DNA of 64,000 nt from Candidatus Cybelea sp. (GTDB lineage Bacteria; Vulcanimicrobiota; Vulcanimicrobiia; Vulcanimicrobiales; Vulcanimicrobiaceae). Both the position numbers and the translations under genes were made by a program. The stretch covers positions 2,704 to 66,703 of the forward strand of contig DAINBY010000014.1 in the NCBI GenBank assembly GCA_036732685.1. The letters run 5' to 3'. Shown here piece by piece: positions 34,251-44,262 of this stretch (positions are counted from its first letter, which is position 1; each line of letters opens with the position of its first letter). The notes beneath the pieces were generated by a model. It saw only the letters and a list, made by a program, of their open reading frames with translations. It had not been told where the DNA came from and did not search any database.

Positions 34251-35597
34251 TTAATCGGAAAGGTTGGCGCCTCGTGGTAACACGAGCGCGATCGTCGGAT
34301 TGCCGAGATAGGTCCGCGCGACGCGTTGAACGTCGTCGGGAGTCGTCGCCGCGATCGCTGCAAGGGCTCCGTTGATGAAATCGGGTGAGGCGCTCTCACG
34401 GGAGAAGACGGCGGCAAGCCACGTGCGCGTTTCGAGCGTCGTCGCATCGTTCGCAAAATCGCCGGCCGCTTCGGCTTTGAACTCCTCGATCGAACCTTGC
34501 AGACGGGTCGCGGCGAGTACGTTGACAATCGAGAGCGCGGTCGCGAAGGCGCGGCTCGGATTACCGTTGAGGCCGCCGTTCACATAGAGGACGAGGTTTG
34601 CCGGGGCGCGATCGTAGGCGTAGACGGCACCGACGGAGCGCGAGGCGAACGTGGGCGAGACGACGCCGGGCACTTGCGCGATATCCGAGAGCGTGCGCCG
34701 GATGAACGCCGCCAAAACGAGCATCGGACCGAAGTCACGGCTATCGACCTTTGGCGCGGGATACTGGGCGATGAGCCACGGCGACGCGATGTCCCGGTGC
34801 GCGACGATCTCGTGCGTTGCGCCGCTGAGCGCTGCCACGCGTACCGGTACCGCGGCCGTCGTCCCCTCCGGCAAAGCCGAAGCGAGCGATGTCAACGCGT
34901 CGGGCGGCAGCACTTCGAGACGTCCGGCCGCGCTCACCAGCACGCCGCCACGCCGATAGTAGCGCTGATAGAACCCCCGAGCATCGTTGGAAAAAAACTG
35001 TGCGAGCGAGTTCGGCGTTCCGAGCTCCGGCAACCCGACGTTCGCCTGCGAAGATGAGGCGGCGTTGAGCATGTCGAGGCCGACTTGTAGGGCGATCTGT
35101 TGCGTTTGCGCGATCTCACGCACGAGCGTCGAACGCGCTTCGCGCACGGTCGGCGGCGAGAAATCGGGAGCGGCTATTGCGCTGCGGAAGAGTTGGAGCA
35201 CGGCAGGCGCGTCGTCGGCGAGCGATTCGACGTAAAAGCGCACGTCGCTCGGATCGACGGTGAAGCGCACGGAGCCGCCCCGAGCGGCGATCGCCTCCTC
35301 GAGCGGCATCGCCGGCATGTCACCTTGAGCTTGGCGAAGGGCGACCGGCGTGCGGACGATCGTCTCGGCGACGAGCGCCGACAAGCCGTTCTCTTTGAGC
35401 GTTTGGCGGTCGAGGCCGGCACGTACGACGTACGCGACGCCGACGAGGGACGCCGTGCTATCGGGCTGGCGAACGATCGTCGCACCGGCGACGTTTTCGA
35501 CGGCCGGCACCGGCACCGTAGCGGCAGCCAACGTCGGGCTCGGCGAGAGCGCGATCGTAAACGCTGCGATCGCGCAGAGCGAGAATGGCGACCTCAC
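34251..35597 (-). CDS. Secreted M16 (pitrilysin/insulinase)-like protein lacking the HxxEH zinc motif
   Basis: 448 aa. Signal peptide MRSPFSLCAIAAFTIALSPSPTLAAA. Two-lobed M16-like layout. The position of the zinc motif reads GLSALVAETIV (no His pair). ATGA overlap with the upstream paralogue. Confidence 0.6.
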   Translation of the reverse strand: MRSPFSLCAIAAFTIALSPSPTLAAATVPVPAVENVAGATIVRQPDSTASLVGVAYVVRAGLDRQTLKENGLSALVAETIVRTPVALRQAQGDMPAMPLEEAIAARGGSVRFTVDPSDVRFYVESLADDAPAVLQLFRSAIAAPDFSPPTVREARSTLVREIAQTQQIALQVGLDMLNAASSSQANVGLPELGTPNSLAQFFSNDARGFYQRYYRRGGVLVSAAGRLEVLPPDALTSLASALPEGTTAAVPVRVAALSGATHEIVAHRDIASPWLIAQYPAPKVDSRDFGPMLVLAAFIRRTLSDIAQVPGVVSPTFASRSVGAVYAYDRAPANLVLYVNGGLNGNPSRAFATALSIVNVLAATRLQGSIEEFKAEAAGDFANDATTLETRTWLAAVFSRESASPDFINGALAAIAATTPDDVQRVARTYLGNPTIALVLPRGANLSD

Positions 35598-36901
35598 GGG
35601 GTGGACTCCTTCTGCGGAGTGGTCGCGACCAAATCGACGACCACGGGCTTACCGAGATACCGGCGGACGATGTCGGCGACGTATTGCGGATCGAGTTCGC
35701 GCGCAGCGCGTTCGTAGGAGCCGCTCCCGATGCCCGGTGCGTAATCGAGATTCCCTTCGACGCTATACCAGCCGAGATTGTCGGCGCGTTCTTGCGGCGT
35801 CTGCGTATCGGCGGCGACGTGATAGAGAAATGCCTCACGCGCCGATTCGAACGTCTGCCGGTCCATCGGTTGTTGCAGCGCGGAGAGCGCATCGAGGACG
35901 TGCTGTTCGGCTTGCTTTTCGTGATCGCCGCCGATGGTCACGAGCATGACGCCGGGGTCGTGCAGCGTGATGAACTGACCGACGACGAGCGCATCGCTCT
36001 GCGCTTTATCGAGCGCCTTAGTCACGACGCCGGTCTGCTCGCGAAAGAGATAATCGGCGATAAAGTCGAGCGCGGTCGCCGCCTTCTCGTCGGCGATCGG
36101 CGGACCGATCCACGCCAAACCAACGCCGTCGACGGAGCCGGTGCTCGTCGCCGATGCCGGCGTAGGAGCGAGCGTCGAATCGAAGGGACGATCCATCGAC
36201 CCGCCGCCCGGGCCATCGGTGACCGCCGCGACGCTCGAAGCATCGACGTTGCCCGTCAGCGTCAGCACGCCGTTCTCCGCGCGGAAGGCGCGTTTGGCGA
36301 AGTCGCTGACTTGTGCCGTCGAGATGCTCGTTAGCTGCGAGACCGAGGTCGGTAACGGCGGATAGTGCTCCGGGCCGTTCGCGAAGATCTGGCCGAACAG
36401 CAAATCGTGCAACGTGGTATCGGATTCGTAGCGCTGCTGCACGCCAAGCACGGCGGCGTTGGCTCGCGCAGTTTTCACGGCCGTGTCGTCGACGGCGGGC
36501 GCGAAATAGGCGGCCGTCATCGCCGCCACGATGCGGCGCGAGGCCGAAGCCGGAACGATCGCCGCGATTCCGACGATGTCGGGATAGACTTCGATATTAA
36601 GCTGGCCGCCAACGGTGTGGACGAGCGCGTAGAGCGATCTCCCGCTGGCGAGCGGCGCTACCGCCGCGGCCGTCGCCGCCAGGTTCGCGAGGCCCGGCGT
36701 CGCGTTATCGTAGCCCGCGCCCGGGGCGCGAAACCAGAGCCCGATCGCGGCCGTTCCGACGCCGGGATCGGGATCGAGCACGTACGAGCCGCCACGCGGC
36801 AAGGGGTTGAGTTGTTGCATCGCCGCATCCGCGTGGTACGGGGCGAGGCAAAGCGATGCGAGGCCGAGCACCGCAGCCGCGAACGCCGTTCGACGCATCA
36901 A
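35594..36901 (-). CDS. Secreted M16 (pitrilysin/insulinase)-like protein lacking the HxxEH zinc motif
   Basis: 435 aa. Signal peptide [55 protein letters not shown] occupies the place of 'G..H.LEHM.F'. ATGA overlap with the ftsH stop. Confidence 0.6.
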   Translation of the reverse strand: MMRRTAFAAAVLGLASLCLAPYHADAAMQQLNPLPRGGSYVLDPDPGVGTAAIGLWFRAPGAGYDNATPGLANLAATAAAVAPLASGRSLYALVHTVGGQLNIEVYPDIVGIAAIVPASASRRIVAAMTAAYFAPAVDDTAVKTARANAAVLGVQQRYESDTTLHDLLFGQIFANGPEHYPPLPTSVSQLTSISTAQVSDFAKRAFRAENGVLTLTGNVDASSVAAVTDGPGGGSMDRPFDSTLAPTPASATSTGSVDGVGLAWIGPPIADEKAATALDFIADYLFREQTGVVTKALDKAQSDALVVGQFITLHDPGVMLVTIGGDHEKQAEQHVLDALSALQQPMDRQTFESAREAFLYHVAADTQTPQERADNLGWYSVEGNLDYAPGIGSGSYERAARELDPQYVADIVRRYLGKPVVVDLVATTPQKESTP

Positions 36902-38820
36902 GCCGGTTCCGGCGATATCTTCGGTGGAAGGCGCGACGGCTTTTCGGCGCGCTTCGGCTCCTCGGCGGCCGGACGCTCCGACTGCGCCTCCGCTGGAGGC
37001 GCGACTTCGGTACCTGGAGTCCGATCGTACGGACGCCCCGCCAGGATCGCGCGCACTTCCTCGGCTTCGACCGTCTCGTACTCGAGCAAGGACGCGACCA
37101 TGCGTTCGACCTTATCCCAGTTCTCGTCGAGCAACCGCCGGCCGTTTTCGTAGCACGACTCGATGATCTTGCGCACCTCGGCGTCGATCTTGCTCGCGAC
37201 TTCCTCCGAGTAGTTTCGCTCCTCGCCGAAATCGCGACCAAGAAAGACTTGGTGCGCGCCGCGCCCGAACTGAATCGGGCCGAGCTGGCTCATACCGTAT
37301 TGGGTGACCATCCGCCGAGCAAGCTCCGTCGCCTTTTCGAAATCGTTGCTCGCGCCGGTCGTGACGTCGCCGAATCTGATCTCCTCGGAGAGCCGCCCGC
37401 CCATCGCCATCGTAATCGACGCGAGCAGTTCTTCGCGCGTCTGACTATGGCGGTCGTCCTCGGGGAGCGACCACGTGATGCCCAGCGCCATTCCTCGCGG
37501 AATGATCGTCACTTTGTGAACCGGGTCGGCCTTCTCGAGCATCCCGCCGAGGATCGCGTGACCCGACTCGTGGTAGGCCGTTACTTCCTTCTCTTTCTGC
37601 GACATCACGAGCGACTTACGCTCGGGGCCGACCATGACGCGGTCGATCGCTTCGTCGCAGTCGATCATCTCGATGAAATTCTTGTTCTTGCGGGCTGCGA
37701 GCAGCGCGGCTTCGTTGAGCAAGTTCTCGAGATCGGCGCCCGAGAAACCGGGCGTGCGCTTCGCGAGGGTCTCGAGCGAGACTTCCTTACCGAGCGGCTT
37801 GTTGCGCGCGTGCACTTCGAGAATCTTCTCGCGCCCCTTGAAGTCGGCACGGCCGACGACGATCTGTCGATCGAAGCGTCCCGGGCGCAAGAGCGCGGGG
37901 TCGAGCACGTCCGAACGGTTCGTCGCCGCGATCAAGATGACGCCCGTGTTTTGATCGAATCCATCCATCTCGACGAGCAACTGGTTGAGCGTCTGTTCGC
38001 GTTCGTCGTGGCCGCCGCCCAAGCCGGCACCGCGTTGCCGTCCGACTGCATCGATCTCGTCGATGAAGACGATGCACGGCGCCGACTTCTTCGCTTGGTC
38101 GAAGAGATCGCGCACGCGCGAGGCACCGACGCCGACAAACATCTCGACGAAATCTGAGCCCGAGATCGAGAGAAACGGCACCCCTGCCTCGCCCGCGATC
38201 GCGCGAGCGAGCAGCGTCTTGCCCGTACCCGGCGGCCCTAGGAGCAAGACCCCTTTGGGAATCCGCGCACCGAGCGATTGATACTTCTTCGGATACTTGA
38301 GGAAGTCGACGATCTCCGCAAGCTCTTCTTTGGCTTCGTCGACACCGGCGACGTCGGCGAAGGTCACCTTCGGCCGGTTCTCCGAGAGCATCTTCGCGCG
38401 CGACCGCCCGAACGAAAGCGCCTGGCTTCCTCCGCTCTGCGCCTGACGGAGTATGAAGAAGAGCAAGAGCACCGTGATCGCCAGTGGACCCAACGTCATG
38501 AGGCTCGAGAGCAGCCCGGTATTCGACTGCTGGTCGAAGCTGATCGCTCCGCTCTTTACCCGTTTGTAGACCTCGTCGACAAAGGTTTGATCGACGTTGG
38601 GGACGGCGACCGAGTACTTCGTACCGTTGGCGAGGTCGCCGATCGCGTTAAGGCCGGTTGCGTGGAACGATTGAACCTGGCCGGCCTCCAGCTTTTGATA
38701 GAATGCGCCGTAGTCGAGCCGGGTCTCGCCCTCGCTCGGCTGGACAAAGCGCTCGACGATAATGAAGACGGCGATCACCGCAAGGATGATCAGAACGATG
38801 GACCGGAGATGTTTACTCAC
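36898..38820 (-). CDS. ftsH: ATP-dependent zinc metalloprotease FtsH
   Basis: 640 aa. Two N-terminal TM helices, Walker [14 protein letters not shown], Walker [33 protein letters not shown], zinc site HESGHA. Confidence 0.97.
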   Translation of the reverse strand: MSKHLRSIVLIILAVIAVFIIVERFVQPSEGETRLDYGAFYQKLEAGQVQSFHATGLNAIGDLANGTKYSVAVPNVDQTFVDEVYKRVKSGAISFDQQSNTGLLSSLMTLGPLAITVLLLFFILRQAQSGGSQALSFGRSRAKMLSENRPKVTFADVAGVDEAKEELAEIVDFLKYPKKYQSLGARIPKGVLLLGPPGTGKTLLARAIAGEAGVPFLSISGSDFVEMFVGVGASRVRDLFDQAKKSAPCIVFIDEIDAVGRQRGAGLGGGHDEREQTLNQLLVEMDGFDQNTGVILIAATNRSDVLDPALLRPGRFDRQIVVGRADFKGREKILEVHARNKPLGKEVSLETLAKRTPGFSGADLENLLNEAALLAARKNKNFIEMIDCDEAIDRVMVGPERKSLVMSQKEKEVTAYHESGHAILGGMLEKADPVHKVTIIPRGMALGITWSLPEDDRHSQTREELLASITMAMGGRLSEEIRFGDVTTGASNDFEKATELARRMVTQYGMSQLGPIQFGRGAHQVFLGRDFGEERNYSEEVASKIDAEVRKIIESCYENGRRLLDENWDKVERMVASLLEYETVEAEEVRAILAGRPYDRTPGTEVAPPAEAQSERPAAEEPKRAEKPSRLPPKISPEPA

Positions 38821-38827
38821 GTTGTGG

Positions 38828-39394
38828 CTAGACCGTTTTTTCCTCTCGAAGCTCCGCGAGATAGGGGAGGTTGCGGTAGAGTTCCTTATAGTCCAAACCG
38901 TAACCTATAGCAAAGACGTCCGGGATCTCGATGCCCAGGTATTCGACGGGCACCGCGACTTCACGTCGCGCGGGCCGGTCGAAGAGCGCGCAGCTGCGTA
39001 AAGTCGCCGGACCGCGCTCTGCTAGCAACGCTCGAAGGAAGTGTAACGTGCGACCGTTGTCGACGATGTCGTCGGCAATCAGCACATTGGCACCGGCAAC
39101 GGCATGCTTGCAATCCATGCCGATCCTGGGCTCGCCGCCGCTGCTCCCGCGGCTTCCGTAGCGCTCGACCAATACATAGTCAACCATCATCTCGCTCGGA
39201 CCGTCCGCCCTCCCCGCGATGGCACGGGCGAGGTCGGCCGTAAAACAGAGCGCTCCTTTCAACACGCCTAGGAGAAGGAGCGGTTTCCCCCGGTAATCTC
39301 CGGCTATGCTAGCTGCCAGGCGCTCGATCGCTTCCGCGATCGCCGCCGGAGTGCAGATTGCGGGTCCGACCTCGGCTCCATATTCGGCCGTCAC
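38828..39394 (-). CDS. hpt: Hypoxanthine phosphoribosyltransferase
   Basis: GTG at 39394 (GTGA overlap with the tilS stop): LLLLGVLKGALCFTADLAR...; PRPP motif VLIADDIVDNGRTL; DVFAIGYGLDY. This is the conserved tilS-hpt-ftsH order. Confidence 0.9.
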   Translation of the reverse strand: MTAEYGAEVGPAICTPAAIAEAIERLAASIAGDYRGKPLLLLGVLKGALCFTADLARAIAGRADGPSEMMVDYVLVERYGSRGSSGGEPRIGMDCKHAVAGANVLIADDIVDNGRTLHFLRALLAERGPATLRSCALFDRPARREVAVPVEYLGIEIPDVFAIGYGLDYKELYRNLPYLAELREEKTV

Positions 39395-40278
39395 TCCCTG
39401 TTGATACCTGCGACCGACCCCCGTTCGATTCTCAGCGCGAGCCCAGGCTTCATATGAAAAGTACCGGTCCCGCCGCGCTCGAGCGCCCGTACCACCTCCT
39501 CGACGTGCAGAAAGTCGATATCGCGCAGTTCGGCATCGATGCAGAGCTGCTCGCGAACGGATCGCCGAAGCGCCGCGCGCCGGGTAGCGACGCGCTCGTC
39601 GGCAACGACCGCGGCCGCACGGGCAACCGCCGCGTCGAGCGCCGGAAAGAGGGGCCGCAACGCCGACAATGCCTCCCGCACCGCGTTGCGGCGCAAATTC
39701 ATGTCCGCGTTCGAGGGATCGACCGCGTAGGGCAGCGCGCGCGTGTGACAGTACGCGCGCAGCGTCTCCGATGGAATTCCAAGGAAGGGGCGCGCGAGAT
39801 CGAGGCCCGGCGCAAGCCGCCGCCGGCCGCGCATGCCGCGCAGCCCGGCCGGCCCCGTGCCACGAAGCAGGGCGAGCAGAACGGTCTCGGTTTGATCTTC
39901 GGCATGGTGCGCGGTCGCAACAACGCCGCACTCCCACCGTTTTGCGGCATCCATCAGCGCGGCATACCGAGCCGTTCGCAACCGCTGTTCGCCGCGCGCT
40001 TGCACTGCAAGCGCGATCACGTCGAGCGGCATGCCGAACTGCGCGGCGATCTGCAGGGCGACGCATTCGTCCTGCCATGCCGACGCCCGCACGCCGTGAT
40101 TGACGAACGCGACGTGAAGGGTGAGCTCCAAGCGCTGCGCTACCGCGCGGAGTACCGCCGCGAGAGCGACCGAATCGGGTCCGCCGCTGCAGGCGATCAA
40201 GATGCGCTCTCCCCGCCGAACGACGCCGCTCTCTTCGACGGCGCGTTCGACGTCACGCTCGGGGTGGGCGCCTCTCAC
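39391..40278 (-). CDS. tilS: tRNA(Ile)-lysidine synthase
   Basis: 295 aa. PP-loop ILIACSGGPDSVALA, HHAEDQTETVLLALLRG. Confidence 0.85.
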   Translation of the reverse strand: MRGAHPERDVERAVEESGVVRRGERILIACSGGPDSVALAAVLRAVAQRLELTLHVAFVNHGVRASAWQDECVALQIAAQFGMPLDVIALAVQARGEQRLRTARYAALMDAAKRWECGVVATAHHAEDQTETVLLALLRGTGPAGLRGMRGRRRLAPGLDLARPFLGIPSETLRAYCHTRALPYAVDPSNADMNLRRNAVREALSALRPLFPALDAAVARAAAVVADERVATRRAALRRSVREQLCIDAELRDIDFLHVEEVVRALERGGTGTFHMKPGLALRIERGSVAGINRE

Positions 40279-40742
40279 GATCTCCGTACGTGGGCCGCGA
40301 TCTCGCGTTCGACGTCGCGCTTGGCCACGGCGGCCCGCTTATCCCAGAGCTTCTTACCGCGCACGAGACCGAGCTGTATCTTGGCGATGCCGCGGGTGAA
40401 ATAGAGGCGCAGCGGCACGACCGTTAGCCCCTTCTCCGCGACCCGGCTCTGTAATCGACGGATCTCTTCCTTATGCATTAGGAGTTTGCGCGGCCGCGTC
40501 GGCTCGGCGTTGGAAAAACTCCCCTGACGATATGGAGGGACGTGCATGCCGAGCAACCACGCTTCCCCGTCGCGAAACCGTGCAAACGCCTCGGCCAAGC
40601 TCGCGCCGCCGGCCCGAATCGCCTTCACCTCGGTTCCGGTCAGCGCCAGGCCCGCCTCGAGCGATTCGAGAATATGGTATTCGTGGCGCGCGCGCCGATT
40701 ATCGATCGAGGGAGCGTTGCTCACGGCGCGAGCGATCTCCAC
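40275..40742 (-). CDS. smpB: SsrA-binding protein SmpB
   Basis: 155 aa: NRRARHEYHILE..EAGLALTGTEVK..R......L.EAF......EAWL.GMHV.PY......N.EPTR.RKLL.HK.EI..L, canonical SmpB. No tmRNA gene lies next to it. Confidence 0.95.
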   Translation of the reverse strand: MEIARAVSNAPSIDNRRARHEYHILESLEAGLALTGTEVKAIRAGGASLAEAFARFRDGEAWLLGMHVPPYRQGSFSNAEPTRPRKLLMHKEEIRRLQSRVAEKGLTVVPLRLYFTRGIAKIQLGLVRGKKLWDKRAAVAKRDVEREIAAHVRRS

Positions 40743-41176
40743 GGATTACGGCGATCGTCGGCGGCATCGAGCATGCCGCGCGAAACGAAACTTCCTTCGG
40801 CGCGCGCGAGCACCGCGCCGTGCGCATCGAGAACGGTTGCCTCAACGCCGAGTACTCTTCGACGCTGCCACGTGACACGCCCGCGAACCTCGATCGGCGC
40901 TTCGAGCGGCACCGGCTTTCGGAAGCGGACGCTGACGCTCGCGGTGACGCCGCGATGACCGGCAAAGCCGGCGGCGTGCGCCATAGCTTCGTCGAGCAGC
41001 GCCATCACGATCCCGCCGTGCGCGATGCCGCGCCAGCCCTGATACTCCGCCGCCAGCTCGAGCCGGGCGACGACGCCCTCCGCGTCGCCGGCGCGATCGA
41101 AGTGCACGTGCATCCCGATGGGATTGGCAGGACCGCACGCAAAGCAGTTGCCGTCGTCGAACGGTACGTCGCTCAT
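40721..41176 (-). CDS. PaaI-family (hotdog fold) thioesterase
   Basis: ATG at 41176 (ATGA overlap upstream): CFACGPANPIGMHVHF......GIAHGGIVMALLDEAMAHA...VTASVSVRFRKPV, the 4HBT/PaaI pattern. Confidence 0.75.
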   Translation of the reverse strand: MSDVPFDDGNCFACGPANPIGMHVHFDRAGDAEGVVARLELAAEYQGWRGIAHGGIVMALLDEAMAHAAGFAGHRGVTASVSVRFRKPVPLEAPIEVRGRVTWQRRRVLGVEATVLDAHGAVLARAEGSFVSRGMLDAADDRRNPWRSLAP

Positions 41177-41898
41177 CGTCCGGCGTTCAAGCGGTTGACG
41201 AGGTGCGCCGGTAAGCCCGCGGCGCGCATCTTCTCCTGCACTTCCGCGATCGGATACTCGTATCGCGTCCACTCGACCCGGCGCGCCTCGGAATCGTAGG
41301 TGACGAAGCACGGCTGCGGGTTGAGGTCGCGCGGCTGCCCCACGCTGCCGACGTCGATGACGTACCGCTTGTCGGCCTCGAGATTCAGCACGCCGCCCTT
41401 TTGCATGTGTTTGTGCGCGATGTTTCCTTCGGTGTCGAGCATCCAGTACTCTGCGATATGCGTGTGCCCCACAAAGACGATGCGCGCGTCGGTCTGTTCG
41501 AAGGCGCGCGCCGCGGCCCCCTTGTCGAGTATGTACTCGAAGTAATTCACGGGGGCGCCGTGCACGAGCAGAAAGTCGGGCAGGCGAAGCTCGTACGGGA
41601 GCGAGTTCAACCAGAGGCGGCTCGCCTCGTCGAGCACCCCTTGCGTCCAGCCGATCGCCGAGCGTGCCGCGGCGTTGAAATTCTCGACGCCAAAGTTCTC
41701 GACCGCGGCAAGGTCGTGATTCCCCAAGACCGCGTGGCGGCAACGATCGCGTAGCAGCGCGACGCACTCGTTTGGATTCGGACCGTAGCCAACGACGTCG
41801 CCGAGCGAGACGAGCGCGTCTTCATTGGAAATCGTCGCAAGAACGCGCTGGAGCGACTCCAAGTTCGCGTGGACGTCCGAAACGATTGCGTATCGCAT
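41173..41898 (-). CDS. Metallophosphoesterase (YfcE/MJ0936-like)
   Basis: 241 aa. SDVHAN, GDVVGYGPNP, GNHD and VHGAP... GHTH form the calcineurin-like phosphoesterase motif series. Confidence 0.85.
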   Translation of the reverse strand: MRYAIVSDVHANLESLQRVLATISNEDALVSLGDVVGYGPNPNECVALLRDRCRHAVLGNHDLAAVENFGVENFNAAARSAIGWTQGVLDEASRLWLNSLPYELRLPDFLLVHGAPVNYFEYILDKGAAARAFEQTDARIVFVGHTHIAEYWMLDTEGNIAHKHMQKGGVLNLEADKRYVIDVGSVGQPRDLNPQPCFVTYDSEARRVEWTRYEYPIAEVQEKMRAAGLPAHLVNRLNAGR

Positions 41899-41902
41899 GC
41901 GA

Positions 41903-43000
41903 TCAGACGAAGAGCTCGTTAAGGACGTCGCTCAGTGCTGCGGCGAAAGCCGCACGCATCGGCTCCGTTCCCGCACTGACGCGAACGTAGGAATCGAGCG
42001 GCGGCGCTCCCGGCTTGCGAATCCAAACGCCGCGAGCGAGCAGCGCATCCATCACGCGCCGCGCTTGCTGCGCCGTCTCCATATCGATGCAAACGAAGTT
42101 CGTGCGCGATTCGATATATCCGCGACCGAGCCGGCGAGCGAGTTGATAGTACTCGTCGCGCGCGCGTGCGGTCGCATCGACGACGTACCCGCGGAACCCG
42201 TCGTCGCCCAGCGACGCCAGCGCGCCGATCTGAGCGTTGCGGTTGATGCCGTAGTGGAGCCGGATTTTTTGAAACGTTCGGACGTTGCGCTCCGTCGTCA
42301 CCGCGTAGCCGATCCGCGCGCCTGCCATGCCGTACGCTTTGGAGAAGGTGCGCAACCGAATGAGACGGTCTTCGTATGCCGGCGCGAGCAGCTCGCGCTC
42401 GTCGACGAAATCCGCGTAGGCCTCGTCGAGCAGCAGAAGGCTCTCGTGCGGGAGCGCATCGTAGAATCGCGCGATCTCCGACTGGGAGATGAACCGTCCG
42501 CTCGGGTTGTCGGGGTTCGCAAGATAGACGATCTTCGGCAACTCGCTCCGGGTGGCCGCAAGCATTGCCTCGCAATCGGGCCTCCCGTCGCGGCAATATT
42601 CGATCTCCACGAGCCTGCCGCCGTATCCGGCGACGTGGTAAGCAAAGGTAGGATAGGTACCGCGCGTCGCGAGCGCGGCATCGCCCGGCGCGACGAAGGC
42701 GCGCACCGCCAACCCCATCAAATCGTCGATGCCCGAGCCGACGACGATCTCCTCGGGCCGGCAACGGTGTTTGGTCGCAAGCGCGTCGCGCAAATCGAGC
42801 GACTCCGGATCGCCGTACCAAGCCAGGCGCGGCAGCTCGCGCGACATCGCCTCGATGGCCTTCGGCGACGGGCCGAAAGCGCTCTCATTGGCGCCCAGGC
42901 GCACGAGCTCGCGCTGACCGGTCTCGCGCATCAACTGTTCGGGACCGATGAACGGCGTCGTCTCCGGAATCGCTTCGACGGCGCTCGTGGGTCGAATCAC
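41903..43000 (-). CDS. hisC: Histidinol-phosphate aminotransferase-like class II aminotransferase
   Basis: GTG at 43000 (GTGA overlap with the moeA stop): LGANESAFGPSP, YLANPDNPSG, LLLDEAYADF, and the PLP-lysine block RTFSKAYGMAGARIGY. Confidence 0.8.
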   Translation of the reverse strand: MIRPTSAVEAIPETTPFIGPEQLMRETGQRELVRLGANESAFGPSPKAIEAMSRELPRLAWYGDPESLDLRDALATKHRCRPEEIVVGSGIDDLMGLAVRAFVAPGDAALATRGTYPTFAYHVAGYGGRLVEIEYCRDGRPDCEAMLAATRSELPKIVYLANPDNPSGRFISQSEIARFYDALPHESLLLLDEAYADFVDERELLAPAYEDRLIRLRTFSKAYGMAGARIGYAVTTERNVRTFQKIRLHYGINRNAQIGALASLGDDGFRGYVVDATARARDEYYQLARRLGRGYIESRTNFVCIDMETAQQARRVMDALLARGVWIRKPGAPPLDSYVRVSAGTEPMRAAFAAALSDVLNELFV

Positions 43001-44247
43001 GGACCGCCCAAGAAGCGGTGAACGGTAACGAGCGCGCCTGCTTCCCACTCTTCGTCGCGCTCTTCCATAACGATGTAGCCATCGGCGCGCGCCGTCAGGC
43101 TCACTGAAAACGAGCGCAACGCCAGCGGATGCGCGAGCGGCAACCCGCCATCGTCCTCGAGTCGGACGGGCACGTACCAGGTCCAATCGCGCCGGCTGCG
43201 CGACGGGCCGGCGAGGCGAGCTTGAAGCGACGGTGCGGCGAGCGGCGCGCCCGCGAGCGCCGCCACGATCGGCAGCGCAACCGCCTCGAGCATCATCAAC
43301 GCCGAGGTTGGATTGCCCGGCAATCCGACGATCGGCTTGCCGCCGTGCGCCCCGAAGAGCGTCGGCTTTCCGGGCTTGACGCGAAGTCCGTGGACGACGA
43401 CGCCTGGGTCGGCAATTGCGGCCACGGCCCGCGGCAAGCGGTCGCGCTCTCCAACCGACGAGCCGCCGGTGACGACGACGGCGTCGCACTCCGCGATCGC
43501 CGCCGCTATCGCCGATTCAAACTCCGGCGCTTCGTCGCGCAGGGTGGGATAGTGGCGCGGCGACGCGCCCATCGCGCGCAAGGAGGCCGCGACGGCGTGA
43601 CGATTGGAATCGCGGATCTGCCCCGGCCGCGGTCGTTGCCCGGGATCGATCAGCTCGTCGCCGCTCGAAAAGAGTGCGATGACGGGGCGTCGATAGACCG
43701 GAACGGTCGTCCGGCCCAGCGTTGCAAGCACGCCGATTTGGGGCGCTCGAATTCGCCGGCCCGCGGGGAGAACCGTCTCGCCGCAGCGCATATCGCCGCC
43801 GCGCTCGGCGACGTTCTCGCCGGCGGCGACCGGCGCCCCGACCACGATCCTGCCGTCGACGGCGCGCACCTCCTCGACCGGAACGACCGCATCGGCGCCG
43901 GCAGGCAGAACGCCGCCGGTCGGAATCCGGCTCGCGAGGCGATCGGAGACGGCATGGATCGGAGCTCCGCCCATGCGCACGTCTTCAACGATCTCAAAGG
44001 TTCCGGGCGCCGCCTGCGCTCGCAGCGCGAACCCATCCATCAGCGACCGCGGCGCAGCCGGATAATCGTCATCGGCGACGATTGCCTCGGCGAGAACGCG
44101 CCCCGGCGCCTCGTCGAGTGCAACGAGTTCGCTCGAGGGCCGCGGAATCGCGACGCGCGTCAAAAACGCTACGATCGCCTGGCGCGGCGGCAGCAATCGT
44201 TCGAACGTAAACCCCGTCTCCGGTAGGAGTGGATTTACGGACTGCAT
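42997..44247 (-). CDS. moeA: Molybdopterin molybdotransferase MoeA
   Basis: ATG at 44247: PRSLMDGFALRA, IPTGGVLPAGADAVV, LFSSGDEL, VVVTGGSSVGERD, FGLPGNPTSALM. This is canonical MoeA. Confidence 0.9.
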   Translation of the reverse strand: MQSVNPLLPETGFTFERLLPPRQAIVAFLTRVAIPRPSSELVALDEAPGRVLAEAIVADDDYPAAPRSLMDGFALRAQAAPGTFEIVEDVRMGGAPIHAVSDRLASRIPTGGVLPAGADAVVPVEEVRAVDGRIVVGAPVAAGENVAERGGDMRCGETVLPAGRRIRAPQIGVLATLGRTTVPVYRRPVIALFSSGDELIDPGQRPRPGQIRDSNRHAVAASLRAMGASPRHYPTLRDEAPEFESAIAAAIAECDAVVVTGGSSVGERDRLPRAVAAIADPGVVVHGLRVKPGKPTLFGAHGGKPIVGLPGNPTSALMMLEAVALPIVAALAGAPLAAPSLQARLAGPSRSRRDWTWYVPVRLEDDGGLPLAHPLALRSFSVSLTARADGYIVMEERDEEWEAGALVTVHRFLGGP

Positions 44248-44262
44248 AAGGCGCGCTTCTCC

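Noticed and set aside
40743-41200. A tmRNA (ssrA) gene adjacent to smpB.
   Set aside because: Both flanks of smpB are protein-coding with overlaps (tilS downstream, thioesterase upstream). There is no room for a ~350-nt RNA and no tRNA-like end.
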